Part shown: positions 52,284 to 63,111 of the stretch, one piece after another
Position numbering within the stretch: the first letter of the stretch is position 1
Layout of the letters: each line of letters opens with the position of its first letter
Source of the DNA: Promethearchaeota archaeon
Lineage (GTDB): Archaea; Asgardarchaeota; Lokiarchaeia; Sigyniarchaeales; SOKP01
Reading direction: 5' to 3'
Length of the DNA stretch: 64,000 bases
Assembly (NCBI GenBank): GCA_019058445.1
Contig: JAHPZA010000009.1
Location: 224,001 to 288,000 of the forward strand
Notes under the pieces: model-generated
What the model saw: only the letters and a program-made list of their open reading frames with translations
Databases searched by the model: none
What the model was told of the DNA's origin: nothing
Translations under genes and position numbers: made by a program

Positions 52284-53729
52284 TTGAGTAAGAGGTCTAA
52301 GAATAAAGAAGTTGAGAAACGAGTCATTATTAAGTCAATTGCATATTATAAAATGCTTATTCATGTATTGCGATTTGGTAATAAGGCAAGAGACCCAAGA
52401 GATTATCGAGAAGTTATGGGCATGTTGATAGGCCATCTTGAGGGAGATCCCGACCACCGTGGGATTCAAAATGTTATTGTAGAAGATGCTGTACCCGTTT
52501 CTCATGGAGGATCAATAGAGGTTAATTTTGCACCTCAAGATTACGTAACTTTTGCGACGATCGATGAGAATTTTGCTGAAAAAAATTGGTGGACATTAGG
52601 GTGGTATCATAGTCATCCCGGCTTAGGAATCTTTTTCTCCGGAACTGATATTAATAACCAATTAGGATGGCAAACACCTAATCCCAGTGCGATAGGAATG
52701 GTATTTGATCACACGGTGTTAGAAACTCCAGGAGATTTAGGATTCAGGACATTTAGACTTGATGATCCTTCGAAAGGCTCAAGGTCAGGCTATCACGAAG
52801 TAGAGACTGTAGTGGAGCCTCCCGATAATATCGAATATTATTTTAAAATGATGAAAGTAATTGATAGTATTCATTCTAAAGAGCCTCCGATTATGGAAAT
52901 TAATGAAACAGCAGACCCGTTTGGTGATATTAATTTTCCGACTCAAAACGAGATCTTATCAAAAAAACCTGAATTGCATTTGCCAAGTCTATTATCAGCA
53001 CTGCAAGAGGGAGTTTCGAAATTTATAGAATTATCTATTGGACCATTGATCGAATTTTTAAATTCTTGGAGCCAAAACACTATAAAATGCGTAATAGATA
53101 ATAATATACAGATGCGAAAAGATCTAATTGCGTTAAAAGATATTATGACTGAAGGAATAAATAATCTAAAAAATACATTTCAATTTACATTTAGAGATAA
53201 GCTTAATGAACTTGAAGTCTATGTGGATGATAGATTAGAGGATTTTGACAATGATCACCAAACAGTTAAAGAAATTATTACTCAGCTAAAGGAACAATTT
53301 AATCATTTAATAGATACTCTATTTCAAGAGAAAATAAAAGATACTATTGATAAAATCTTGGGAGATTTTGAAGAAGGAATAAAAATTTTAGCTGAAATCG
53401 ATCATAATAATACTAAAAACTCTGAAAAATTAGATACGCTCCAAAACTCTTTAGCTGGTTTATCAGAGAAAACAAAATCTATAGAAAATTTAACAATTAA
53501 TGAAATAGGGAATGAACATGAAAAATTTATGGGAAATTTAGGAGAAAAAATTGATGATATTAAAACATCCCTAGTTGATATTAAGAAAGAAGGAATTAGC
53601 TTTTTTACTGAATTAGAGAATCTATTATCAGATCTTAAATCTTCAAAAGAAACTCTTTATGAGAAAATTAAATCAATAGAAAAAGAAAAAAAAGAATTAT
53701 CAAATGAGTTAAAAAAATTAAAAACATAA
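52284..53729 (+). CDS. MPN+/JAMM (Rpn11/CSN5-like) protein with long coiled coil
   Basis: EVMGMLIG, GWYHSHPGLGIFFSGTD (intact H-x-H-x7-S-x2-D). Confidence 0.92.
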   Translation: MSKRSKNKEVEKRVIIKSIAYYKMLIHVLRFGNKARDPRDYREVMGMLIGHLEGDPDHRGIQNVIVEDAVPVSHGGSIEVNFAPQDYVTFATIDENFAEKNWWTLGWYHSHPGLGIFFSGTDINNQLGWQTPNPSAIGMVFDHTVLETPGDLGFRTFRLDDPSKGSRSGYHEVETVVEPPDNIEYYFKMMKVIDSIHSKEPPIMEINETADPFGDINFPTQNEILSKKPELHLPSLLSALQEGVSKFIELSIGPLIEFLNSWSQNTIKCVIDNNIQMRKDLIALKDIMTEGINNLKNTFQFTFRDKLNELEVYVDDRLEDFDNDHQTVKEIITQLKEQFNHLIDTLFQEKIKDTIDKILGDFEEGIKILAEIDHNNTKNSEKLDTLQNSLAGLSEKTKSIENLTINEIGNEHEKFMGNLGEKIDDIKTSLVDIKKEGISFFTELENLLSDLKSSKETLYEKIKSIEKEKKELSNELKKLKT

Positions 53730-53744
53730 AGGAATTGAATAGAA

Positions 53745-55130
53745 ATGTCTCTGCCGTCAAATAATAAGACTAATTTTAAAGAGGGAAAAGTTCACATTTC
53801 AAAAGAAGCTTTTCGAAATATGCTTACACATGTATTGCGATTTGGTAGTAATGCCTTAGATAATAGCGTTGAAGTTATGGGAATCTGTTTGGGAAAAGTC
53901 CTTCCAAACGGAATTGATGTAGCTTTAATAAATGCTATTCCAATAAAACATGGACCCCAAGTATCTAACGGCTTTTCACCAGAAGATCACATAACTTTTA
54001 AAAAAATTGAGGAACATTATACAAACCAAGATCTTCATATTATTGGTTTCTATTTATCACATCCAGGCTGGGGTTTATTCTTTTCGGATATTGGAATAAA
54101 AAACCATCGACATTTTCAAAATGAGCAAAACCCACATGGTTTTTGTATAGTATTTGACCATACTATAATGGATGCGGAAGGTAACTTTGGTTTTGAAATT
54201 TTTCGATTAGACAACTATTCAGATCAAATGGCAAAAGAACACCACAAGGTAAAGTATGAACTTGAACCTCCTGACACTTTGGAGTATTTCAAATGGATAC
54301 AGAAATTTGTAGAAGATGCTCAAAAAAGAGAACCCATTTTAATTAAAGAATTTAATGAGTTAATTGATACTCCTCCTAGTGATCTTCAAGAAATACCAAA
54401 ATCAGAAATAGAATTGGCCGTGTTAAAAGAAGAAAGGGAAAGGCATAGTGTAATGAAGCCTATAATTTCCGGGTTTCAAGAGGGTTCATCGCAATTTTCA
54501 GATATATTCGCCAACATTTTTGAAACTCAAGTTGACAATTGGGTTAAAGATGTAAATCAGGGAACTTTAGATGGTAGTGTACTAATCCGTGATAGTTTAA
54601 CCGAAATGAAAGAAAAAGTCTCCTCTGGGTTTACCAAACTAGATAGTTGGTTAAATAGAAATTTGAATGAAATTGTGGATGGATTTAAAGAACAATTTTA
54701 CCTGGATGTAGATAAACGGATTCAATCTCAAAAAGAATTAGTTATTCACTCCTCTAAAACTAAAGATGATATTATGAATAATTATAATACTAACTTAGAG
54801 GCAAACTTCAATAATTTAACTAATGAAATAGACAATAAAACTAAAACTCTAACAGATAATCTAGCCCAAACATTACGTATAACCTCAAAAATGGATGATA
54901 ATATCAGTAATTCTTCAGGGCAAATTACTAAAATCATTGATAATGCGACAAACCTATCTACTAACATAAAAAACGGAGTAAAAGCACATTTAACACCATT
55001 AGAGCAACAGATGAGTAATAAAATTAAAGATTTAAGTAAAGATTTAAATGTTGTTAAGGATGATTATTCGAAGTTAAGCAATATTATTAAAAAATTATCC
55101 AAAACAGTCAATAGTCTAAAAGAACTTTAA
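53745..55130 (+). CDS. MPN- (catalytically degenerate) protein with long coiled coil
   Basis: EVMGICLG, GFYLSHPGWGLFFSDIG (first His and the Asp ligand are lost). Confidence 0.88.
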   Translation: MSLPSNNKTNFKEGKVHISKEAFRNMLTHVLRFGSNALDNSVEVMGICLGKVLPNGIDVALINAIPIKHGPQVSNGFSPEDHITFKKIEEHYTNQDLHIIGFYLSHPGWGLFFSDIGIKNHRHFQNEQNPHGFCIVFDHTIMDAEGNFGFEIFRLDNYSDQMAKEHHKVKYELEPPDTLEYFKWIQKFVEDAQKREPILIKEFNELIDTPPSDLQEIPKSEIELAVLKEERERHSVMKPIISGFQEGSSQFSDIFANIFETQVDNWVKDVNQGTLDGSVLIRDSLTEMKEKVSSGFTKLDSWLNRNLNEIVDGFKEQFYLDVDKRIQSQKELVIHSSKTKDDIMNNYNTNLEANFNNLTNEIDNKTKTLTDNLAQTLRITSKMDDNISNSSGQITKIIDNATNLSTNIKNGVKAHLTPLEQQMSNKIKDLSKDLNVVKDDYSKLSNIIKKLSKTVNSLKEL

Positions 55131-55397
55131 TTTTGTAAAATTAGAGATATGTAGCTTATATTTTGGTATATTGGTACTCAGCCGCTTTAGCTCATTTCTC
55201 TTGGCAATAGAGCTAAGCACTCGTCCTATTTTGTCTACTTTAATATCAACCCCATATGTTTCTCGTAACACAGAATTGATTTTGTAAGAACTAAGTATTA
55301 CAACATCAGAAATGTTTTTCTCGCAGAGTAGTTCAATAGCTTTTTTAATTAATAACAATAATTTCTCTTTTTCTAAATTTTGTTCCTTTTCCATCAT
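55116..55397 (-). CDS. Small winged-helix-like protein
   Basis: Helical N-terminus, KIGRVLSSIA recognition-helix-like segment, PKYKL wing. Confidence 0.55.
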   Translation of the reverse strand: MMEKEQNLEKEKLLLLIKKAIELLCEKNISDVVILSSYKINSVLRETYGVDIKVDKIGRVLSSIAKRNELKRLSTNIPKYKLHISNFTKLKFF

Positions 55398-55613
55398 AGT
55401 GATCTATATGTTATATCAGATTTTATGCTTTTTAAAAATTATTATCGAATCCATGTTAAACATTCGAGCACATCTGTTAAGCTTTCTGAAAATAGTAAGA
55501 AAAAACTTAAAATGGAATACGTCTATTATCCTTATTATAGCTCTATAATAATCTTAAATTAGGTAATAATAATATATATCTAAAGAGTAAAAATTAACGA
55601 ATTTACTACAGAA

Positions 55614-58001
55614 ATGTCCGAAAAGAACTCTAAGATAAGGGATAACTCGAAAAATCCAAAGAATTCAAAACAAAAAGGACATAAATCTTCGAAAGGTCCC
55701 AAAAAACCAATACCCACTTCAATTCGAGATAAACTTAGAAAAGATTTTGAAAAATTGAAAAATAGTATCATTCGTAGAGAACTTTATACAAAAGGAAAAG
55801 AACCTCCAAAATCTTTTGCTTTTGAAAAAAAATTTATTGGAATATACCTTCTATTTGGCTTTTATTCTTTTGTTTTGATTTTAGGAATAAATGATCCCAA
55901 CAATCTTATCTTTGTTGTGTTTATGTTTGGCGATCCTTTTGCTTTTGGTAATGCAATTTTATTGTTTTTTCTAACACTTGCATTAATTTTGAATATTGAT
56001 AAGTTTAGGCTGTTTGTTTTTGAAAAGAAGACACAATTCAAACAGCCATTAATATTTGGAGGAATTATCACCATTTATTATTTCATATTCTTAGAATATG
56101 GAACTAGCGTTAATTTAATCGATTACTTCTTAATATTTTCAATGATTTGGTTAATCTTATTAAGCTCTAGGTATTATACTTTAGCTAGAAAAACTTCCAC
56201 AAAAATCGAGGCAAGATTTATTTCAAAATACTCCTATTCCAGATATCTTTTTGCTTTAATTACACCATTTATCATTATGACAATCCTTATTATAATATCT
56301 TTATTTTACCGAAGTATGCTTGTTTTCCTTGCTTTAGATTTTTTTGGCGAAAAAGATCCTGTAAATGCGGTAAGAGTATATAATTTTGGAATGCGAATCA
56401 TAATGCCGTTAATATATTTTAGTTTAGTTTTAACACTGGTGTTTATTGTTATAGAATTTTTTGCTACTAGAAGAAGAGCTGAAACAAGGAAATCTGGGTG
56501 TTATGATAATTTTACCTTTTCTTTTATAATTTTATTTATCTTTTTCTTTCAAATATTGCAGGTTAGCATTTATTTACTGTTAAGACCAGAAACAGTTACA
56601 GGATTTAAAAATACAGTTGGAGCTACAGGAACAGCACTTACTTACCTTTATTTAATTCAGTTCGCAATTTCCATGATATTTCTTTATCGATTAATTGTAA
56701 AATTAGGAGGAACTTTTGGTTGGAGAATCTTATTCTTTAAAAGAGATGGCTTAATTTTATTTTTCTTAGCTTGTGTATTTGCTGATTCTTTAACTGCATT
56801 CACATTAGCAAGTCAAATAGAAAATCAAAAATTAACTCTTCTTGGATCTATTTTATTGGCAAATAGGTATATCATCTCTATATTGATGATATCCTTTCTA
56901 GGGATTACTTTATTACTATATTACTTAAAACCTCATGAGACTTCAATGTTTATGCGGTTACAAAAAGAAACCGTTAAAGAAGAAGAGGAAAATATGGATA
57001 TAATTTATAAACTAATTAAAAGTGAATATATCCGAAGAGGTGAAGAGTATCCATTGGAGATTTTAGATCGAGAACTTATTAAAGCAACAAAACTATCAAA
57101 AGGCGAAATATCTTCTATCATTAAAAGATTGGCGACTCAAAAAGTTGACCTTTCTGTAGCTAGGAAAAGAGATAAATCAGGAAGGGTTGTCCAGATGGTT
57201 GATTTCCTTTCTGTTACTGAGCGCTTTGATAAGAAAGGAGTTGCGGAAAAAAAGGCAAAGAGTTTTCTTTCAAGAAAATTAATTGAAACAATCTCAACTA
57301 AAGAACGAAAAGCATTAAAAATAACTCAACCATTAGAAAAGGATAAAGCTTCAGATCAATTTATTGCTTCCCTTGCCACCACTTACACTAAAAAGCAAAA
57401 ACAAAAAGAGAGCTTCGATGAAAAAGCAAAAAAGGGGGTTTTTTTTATAGATAAAAAACTCCCGGATTATTTAAAGAATCAAATTCTAGAAATCTTAAAG
57501 AAAGAGTATATTTATCGAATTGAGAATACAGAAAGTTATCCAGATTTTCATTATCCAATTTCTCACATTGTAAATCAAATTGCCATGGCTACAAGAATTT
57601 CGATTGGCGAAATATATCCCATTCTAGAAAATCTACGAAAATCTGACATAGAACTAACATTAATTAAAAATCCTGAAGAACCCGAAGATAAAAAAATTAA
57701 ATTCTTTCCTATTGCTGATGATGATATGAGTTATGCATTAGCGAATTTTAGACCAGAGGAATATTCTAAAATAAGGATTAAGGTTATTAAGAAATTAATT
57801 CCACTTTTAAAACAGAAAACTACTAGTACAGTGTTAGGGAGCATTAAAAGAAAAATTCCAAATCAAACTGAGAGTCAAAAAGCATGGCGAACTCTCTTGG
57901 ATTACTTAAATAATTACTATCCATTATTTTCTAAAGAGCTAATTACGTTACCAGATATCAAGAAGCTTCCAAAAATTATTACCAAACTTGGGAAAAAATA
58001 G
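55614..58001 (+). CDS. Polytopic membrane protein (~10 TM) with large, internally repeated cytoplasmic C-terminus (wHTH-like)
   Basis: TM block around aa 75-440; IIYKLIKSEYIRR..ATKLSKGEI recurs as ILEILKKEYIYR..ATRISIGEI. Confidence 0.7.
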   Translation: MSEKNSKIRDNSKNPKNSKQKGHKSSKGPKKPIPTSIRDKLRKDFEKLKNSIIRRELYTKGKEPPKSFAFEKKFIGIYLLFGFYSFVLILGINDPNNLIFVVFMFGDPFAFGNAILLFFLTLALILNIDKFRLFVFEKKTQFKQPLIFGGIITIYYFIFLEYGTSVNLIDYFLIFSMIWLILLSSRYYTLARKTSTKIEARFISKYSYSRYLFALITPFIIMTILIIISLFYRSMLVFLALDFFGEKDPVNAVRVYNFGMRIIMPLIYFSLVLTLVFIVIEFFATRRRAETRKSGCYDNFTFSFIILFIFFFQILQVSIYLLLRPETVTGFKNTVGATGTALTYLYLIQFAISMIFLYRLIVKLGGTFGWRILFFKRDGLILFFLACVFADSLTAFTLASQIENQKLTLLGSILLANRYIISILMISFLGITLLLYYLKPHETSMFMRLQKETVKEEEENMDIIYKLIKSEYIRRGEEYPLEILDRELIKATKLSKGEISSIIKRLATQKVDLSVARKRDKSGRVVQMVDFLSVTERFDKKGVAEKKAKSFLSRKLIETISTKERKALKITQPLEKDKASDQFIASLATTYTKKQKQKESFDEKAKKGVFFIDKKLPDYLKNQILEILKKEYIYRIENTESYPDFHYPISHIVNQIAMATRISIGEIYPILENLRKSDIELTLIKNPEEPEDKKIKFFPIADDDMSYALANFRPEEYSKIRIKVIKKLIPLLKQKTTSTVLGSIKRKIPNQTESQKAWRTLLDYLNNYYPLFSKELITLPDIKKLPKIITKLGKK

Positions 58002-58133
58002 AAACAAAAGACTATAAAATTCTTTACTAATTTTATTTTATATATTTATCCTAATTTCCTCTAATTAAAGCTAAAAATAGGAAGAAAATTAAGAAGTGAG
58101 TAATTATAATAAACTTGCTAAGTTTGATGAAAA

Positions 58134-59333
58134 ATGGAATGGAATAATAATCGTACCATAAATAGATTAAAAAAATTTGCTTTTCCACGTCTTGCGGGTA
58201 CTACTTCACTGATAAATGCAAAAGATATCATATATGAAGAACTAAAAGCGGTTGTACCTAATGCAAGCACAGAAGAATTTCTATGCCGTAATGAGTTAAA
58301 AACGGTATTGAGATTTTGGGGATTTATATTTCTTGGATTAATAGTAGCAATTGCTATATTTTGGATGGATTTCTTTTGGATTTCCATGATATGTGCTATA
58401 GCTATAATAATTCTGAATATCTTGGCTCAAGGTACCTTAGGACGCAAACAAGTATATCATTTATTTAAAAATCGAGGACCTATTAAAGGGTATAATATCA
58501 ATGGGAATATAAGTGCCTTAGAGGATGAGAAAAAAATCTTGGTTCTTGGAGCCCATTACGATTCGAAATCTTCACCCTCCATCCACAAAAAAAATGAATT
58601 AATAATGATAGGGGGCGTCTTACTAATGAATTTAGCGGTAATAATCTTTGGGATCTTACTGTTCTTTATTAATTATGCTCTTATATGGTGGTTTATCTAT
58701 ATACTTTGGATTGGCTCGGCACTAGAGTTTATTTCAGTGGTAATTTATACATTGCTTTATAAAGTCTTAAATGAATCTCCAGGAGTAAACGATAATGGTT
58801 CTGGTGTTGCTATCATCCTTGAATTAGCCGAAATTTTTTCAAAAAAACCTCCGAAATATCTCACATTAGCATTTTCTCTTCTTGACGCAGAAGAAATAGG
58901 ACTTCAAGGGGCTAGTGCTTATGTCAATTTTAATGCTCAAAAATTATTACAAAATAATGCGTGGATGATTAATTTTGATGAAATTGGAGGTGGCTTTCCA
59001 CTCAAAGTTATTTTAAAAGGAGGATTCCCTTCGGTTAAATATGGGAAAGAATTAATGCCGATTTTTCAAAAGGTGATTCGGTCTAATAAACAACTATTAG
59101 ATATGCAAAATGAAAAAAAGCTCATCCTAAATGGCAGTAGTTTCACATCCCAATCGGATCATGCTCCCTTTTTTATATCATCCATTCCGTCAGCATATAT
59201 CTATACAAGCAATAAGAAACGTCATTCTGCTAATGATGATTGGGAAGCCTTTAAATCAGAATCTATTGAACCTTGTGGGCTATTATTGGAAAAATTTATC
59301 ACAACCTTGGATAATGAGCTCTCTCAAATATAA
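58134..59333 (+). CDS. M28 family metallopeptidase, membrane-embedded
   Basis: GAHYDS, PGVNDNGSG, AEEIGLQG, SDH. Confidence 0.9.
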   Translation: MEWNNNRTINRLKKFAFPRLAGTTSLINAKDIIYEELKAVVPNASTEEFLCRNELKTVLRFWGFIFLGLIVAIAIFWMDFFWISMICAIAIIILNILAQGTLGRKQVYHLFKNRGPIKGYNINGNISALEDEKKILVLGAHYDSKSSPSIHKKNELIMIGGVLLMNLAVIIFGILLFFINYALIWWFIYILWIGSALEFISVVIYTLLYKVLNESPGVNDNGSGVAIILELAEIFSKKPPKYLTLAFSLLDAEEIGLQGASAYVNFNAQKLLQNNAWMINFDEIGGGFPLKVILKGGFPSVKYGKELMPIFQKVIRSNKQLLDMQNEKKLILNGSSFTSQSDHAPFFISSIPSAYIYTSNKKRHSANDDWEAFKSESIEPCGLLLEKFITTLDNELSQI

Positions 59334-59399
59334 TATTTTTTTATTTGAATATATGAATAAATTATAGATTATCATAATTTCCAAAGTGGAGTTAAGAAC

Positions 59400-60560
59400 A
59401 TGAATTTTAATATTAATGAAAATGAGTTATTAGAATTACTTCAAGAACTAATTAAAATTGAATCAATCAATCCCACACTATCAAAACATGGAAGTGGGGA
59501 AGCAGAGATTGCGCAATATATCGGTAATTATTTAAAAAAAATGGGACTTGAAGTTAGGTATCAAGATATTGGTGACGGAAGATTAAATGTTGTAGGAATA
59601 CTCAAGGGAAAGGGTAACGGAAAAAGTATTATGTTAAATGGCCACACCGATACAGTAAGCATAGATGGTATGGAAATAGAATCATTTAATCCTGTTTTTA
59701 AGAATGGAAAAGTGTATGGAAGAGGGGCTATGGATATGAAAAGCGGTCTTGCTGCAATCATTCTAGCTGTAAAAACAATAATTGAAACTAAAGGAGAACT
59801 TAATGGAGACATGATTTTAACCTTTGTTGCTGATGAAGAATATGCCAGTTTAGGAACTGAAAAAGTTGTTGAAGAGTATCATGCTGATGCGGCTATCATT
59901 TGTGAGCCTTCAAATTTACAAATTGTCATTGCCCATAAAGGTTTTGCATGGATTAAGGTTGGCGTACATGGGAAATCGGGACATGGAAGCTTACCTGAGT
60001 TCGGTGTTGATGCTATTGTAAAAGGAGGAAAATTTCTGGTTAAATTGGAAGATTTGGAGAAAAGGATTCTTTCTCAAAAGAAACATCCATTGCTTAGCTC
60101 TCCTTCAATTCATGCTTCTCTTATCAAAGGCGGTATTGAGTTAAGTACTTATCCCGATTACTGTGAAATCCAATTAGAACGAAGAACATTGCCTGGAGAA
60201 GATCGTGATTATATAACTGAAGAAATAAATAATTTAATAAAAAACTTACATGGAGAAGATACTAAATTCAATGCGGATTTCGATGTGTTTTTTTACCGAT
60301 CGCCTTTAGAAGTATCATCAAATCAACCCATAGTGCAATCATTATCTAAAATATGTAGCCAAACATTAAATCGTAAAACAAAATTTAGCGGATTTAGCGG
60401 TTGGACTGATGCTGCGATCCTCAATGATGCCGGTATACCTACAGTTCTTTTTGGACCAAAAGGTGTAGGAGCTCATGGCTCGCTTGAATTTGTAAATTTT
60501 AGATCTGTTGTTTCTACAACGCAGATATTAATAGGTACAATTTTAGATTTTTGTAATTAA
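59400..60560 (+). CDS. M20 family ArgE/DapE-type deacylase
   Basis: LNGHTDTV, GRGAMDMKSG, DEE, CEP, AHG. Confidence 0.92.
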   Translation: MNFNINENELLELLQELIKIESINPTLSKHGSGEAEIAQYIGNYLKKMGLEVRYQDIGDGRLNVVGILKGKGNGKSIMLNGHTDTVSIDGMEIESFNPVFKNGKVYGRGAMDMKSGLAAIILAVKTIIETKGELNGDMILTFVADEEYASLGTEKVVEEYHADAAIICEPSNLQIVIAHKGFAWIKVGVHGKSGHGSLPEFGVDAIVKGGKFLVKLEDLEKRILSQKKHPLLSSPSIHASLIKGGIELSTYPDYCEIQLERRTLPGEDRDYITEEINNLIKNLHGEDTKFNADFDVFFYRSPLEVSSNQPIVQSLSKICSQTLNRKTKFSGFSGWTDAAILNDAGIPTVLFGPKGVGAHGSLEFVNFRSVVSTTQILIGTILDFCN

Positions 60561-60636
60561 TACATATATAATAAATTCTTTTTGAAATTTTATATTTAAG
60601 TATTATAATTAAGTTAATATTTTGAATTGAGCTTTA

Positions 60637-62118
60637 ATGATTGACTTAAGTATTAAAGAAAAACAATTAGAATCAACGATAGAGCGATTACGAGAAAGAA
60701 ATATCATTCTGCCTAGTTATGAACAAATGAAAAATCCAAATGAAACTGTTTCCTCGAATATTAAAAGTGAATTAAGTTCGCTAGGTCTATGGGAAATTCA
60801 TAGCAGAAATTTATTCCGAATAACGTGGAATAATGAACCGAAACCTAACGGGGGTCTTTATCAGGAATTGCCGAATTATATGGAATTACCCTCAGAATTG
60901 ACCGGTGTGAAAGCACGAATCATTGCTTTAATAGGAAAATGGATGCCGACGGGCTCTCACAAAGTTGGTGCTACATATGGATGTCTTATTCCTCGTTTGG
61001 TCACGGGACAATTTAATCCAATAATACAAAAAGCGGTTTGGCCCTCTACAGGGAATTATTGTCGAGGAGGTGCTTTTAATGCAACTCTTTTAGCTTGTGA
61101 ATCCATAGCCATTCTTCCTGAAGGAATGAGTAAAGAACGATTCGAATGGTTAAATACCGTTGCCGGAGAAATCATTGCTACCCCGGGTTCTGAGAGTAAT
61201 GTAAAAGAGATTTATGATAAATGTCACGAGTTAATGGCAAGTCCTCGTGGTCAAAAAGGTGAAATTGTGATATTTAATCAATTTGATGAGTTTGGGAATC
61301 ACCTATGGCACTATGAGGTGACTGGAAATGCCATGAATAAAGTACTTCAAAAAGAGTTGCGTACTGATCGCTTTAGAGGAATTGCTCTTACAACAGGATC
61401 AGCAGGTACCCTTGGATGTGGTGATTTTTTAAAAGAGTGTTATCCGACTATTAAAATTGCTGTGGGAGAAGCATTACAATGTCCAACTCTATTGAAAAAT
61501 GGTTATGGTGCCCATCGAATTGAAGGAATAGGAGATAAGCATGTTCCTTGGATTCATAATGTTAAAAATACTGATATGGTAATCGCAATTGATGATAATG
61601 ATGCTATGGCGTTAATTAGATTGTTTAATGAAAAAGAAGGTCAAAAACAATTAAGAAAAGCAGGAGTTTCCGAAGCAATTATTGAGAACTTGCATTTATT
61701 GGGGATTTCAAGTGTGGCAAATGTAATAATGGCTATAAAAATGGCAAAATATTATGAAATGGACGAGAATGATGTTATTTTAACCGTTTTCACAGATTCC
61801 ATGGAACTTTATCAGTCCCGTTTGGAAGAACTAAAAATAGAATTTGGACAATATACGGAAAAAGATGCGATTCGGGACTACAATATGTGTCTTAGAGGGC
61901 AACAAACAAATAATATGATTGAATTGAATTATCTTCAAAAGCGAAGAATCCACAATCTCAAATATTTTACTTGGATTGAACAGCAGGGAAAATCCTTAGA
62001 TGAACTAAATCGTCAATGGTATGATTCTGACTATTGGAATTTAATCCATTCAGAAGTTTCTGAAATTGACCGTCTAATTGGTGAAATAAATAACCATGTT
62101 GGACTGGAAAATAAATAA
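60637..62118 (+). CDS. Fold-type II PLP-dependent enzyme (cysteine synthase/threonine dehydratase superfamily)
   Basis: PTGSHKVG, PSTGNY, TGSAGT, HRIEGIG. Confidence 0.88.
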   Translation: MIDLSIKEKQLESTIERLRERNIILPSYEQMKNPNETVSSNIKSELSSLGLWEIHSRNLFRITWNNEPKPNGGLYQELPNYMELPSELTGVKARIIALIGKWMPTGSHKVGATYGCLIPRLVTGQFNPIIQKAVWPSTGNYCRGGAFNATLLACESIAILPEGMSKERFEWLNTVAGEIIATPGSESNVKEIYDKCHELMASPRGQKGEIVIFNQFDEFGNHLWHYEVTGNAMNKVLQKELRTDRFRGIALTTGSAGTLGCGDFLKECYPTIKIAVGEALQCPTLLKNGYGAHRIEGIGDKHVPWIHNVKNTDMVIAIDDNDAMALIRLFNEKEGQKQLRKAGVSEAIIENLHLLGISSVANVIMAIKMAKYYEMDENDVILTVFTDSMELYQSRLEELKIEFGQYTEKDAIRDYNMCLRGQQTNNMIELNYLQKRRIHNLKYFTWIEQQGKSLDELNRQWYDSDYWNLIHSEVSEIDRLIGEINNHVGLENK

Positions 62119-62171
62119 AATTTAATAAATTCAACATAGAGATTATTAAAAAAAAGGGAAGTAGTATAAAT

Positions 62172-62909
62172 TTATTCTTTTATCAACACTTTAGCAATAG
62201 GCTTAGGAAGAAAGAATCCAAAGTAAAATTCAATACTGCCAGAAATAAGTAATGCTCTTACTAATATTAATTCCAATGGTCCTAAAAGAAAAATTGCTTC
62301 TAAAGCTGCTCCAAACGCAATTGAAAAAAAAGCAATTAATAGGAAAATTCCTTTCCATTTAATATCTGGTTTATCTGATCTTATAGATTTCCGAGAGACG
62401 ATAATACCTGTTATGACGATTGATAATATGGCAAAGATTTGGAAACCAATGAAGAAATCTGTAAGTCTAGAAGTAAAGATCCCTTCCTCAATGCCTGTAC
62501 CAACAAGCTCTGTATCTATACTTAGAAAAGTAAAAAGTATTATTTCAAATATCACACAAATAATAAAATATATCGAAACAATGAGTTTCTGTGATTTTAA
62601 TCTCATAAGAGCGCAAAAGGAGTATATCCAAAAGATTATCGCAAAGGGAGTGAACGCATTTTCGATTAAGAGATAAAGATAAGGGGTGAATTTGTAATCA
62701 AATAAAGCGATGATGACAAATTGGAAAGCAGAAACCCACCACGCAGAAGTTATGAATACCCATGCAAGTCCAACTGTAAGAAGCGTTTTTTCTTTAAACG
62801 TAAAATATTTTGATATAATCCGCAATCCTACAATAGTTGATACTAAAACGAGGATTAAACTTAAAGTACCAAATAGAATGTCTGTTTGTGTTAAATCTTC
62901 AAGACCCAT
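62172..62909 (-). CDS. 7TM membrane protein, distant member of the family at the window start
   Basis: 7 TM; IKWKGIFL..AFF...GAALE; start at ATG 62909 preferred. Confidence 0.72.
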   Translation of the reverse strand: MGLEDLTQTDILFGTLSLILVLVSTIVGLRIISKYFTFKEKTLLTVGLAWVFITSAWWVSAFQFVIIALFDYKFTPYLYLLIENAFTPFAIIFWIYSFCALMRLKSQKLIVSIYFIICVIFEIILFTFLSIDTELVGTGIEEGIFTSRLTDFFIGFQIFAILSIVITGIIVSRKSIRSDKPDIKWKGIFLLIAFFSIAFGAALEAIFLLGPLELILVRALLISGSIEFYFGFFLPKPIAKVLIKE

Positions 62910-63111
62910 TAATTCCACTTTTTTTAAATTGAATTTTTTGATCTTAAATGTATTTTATACAATCTTAAACTTAAAAGTCATATTTATATCTTTCTGAATT
63001 GCCTAAAGTAAATTATGAGGGATAATTTAATTATACTTTACGAGCAAGGTTATGTGATTAATAGTTCTAATTCTTTACACAAGTAAAATAATAAAAAAAA
63101 GAAAAAATTAT

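Noticed and set aside
52437-52471. GATCCC...GGGATT hairpin inside the MPN+ gene as an in-frame intron
   Set aside because: Bulge geometry does not fit BHB and the ORF is uninterrupted.
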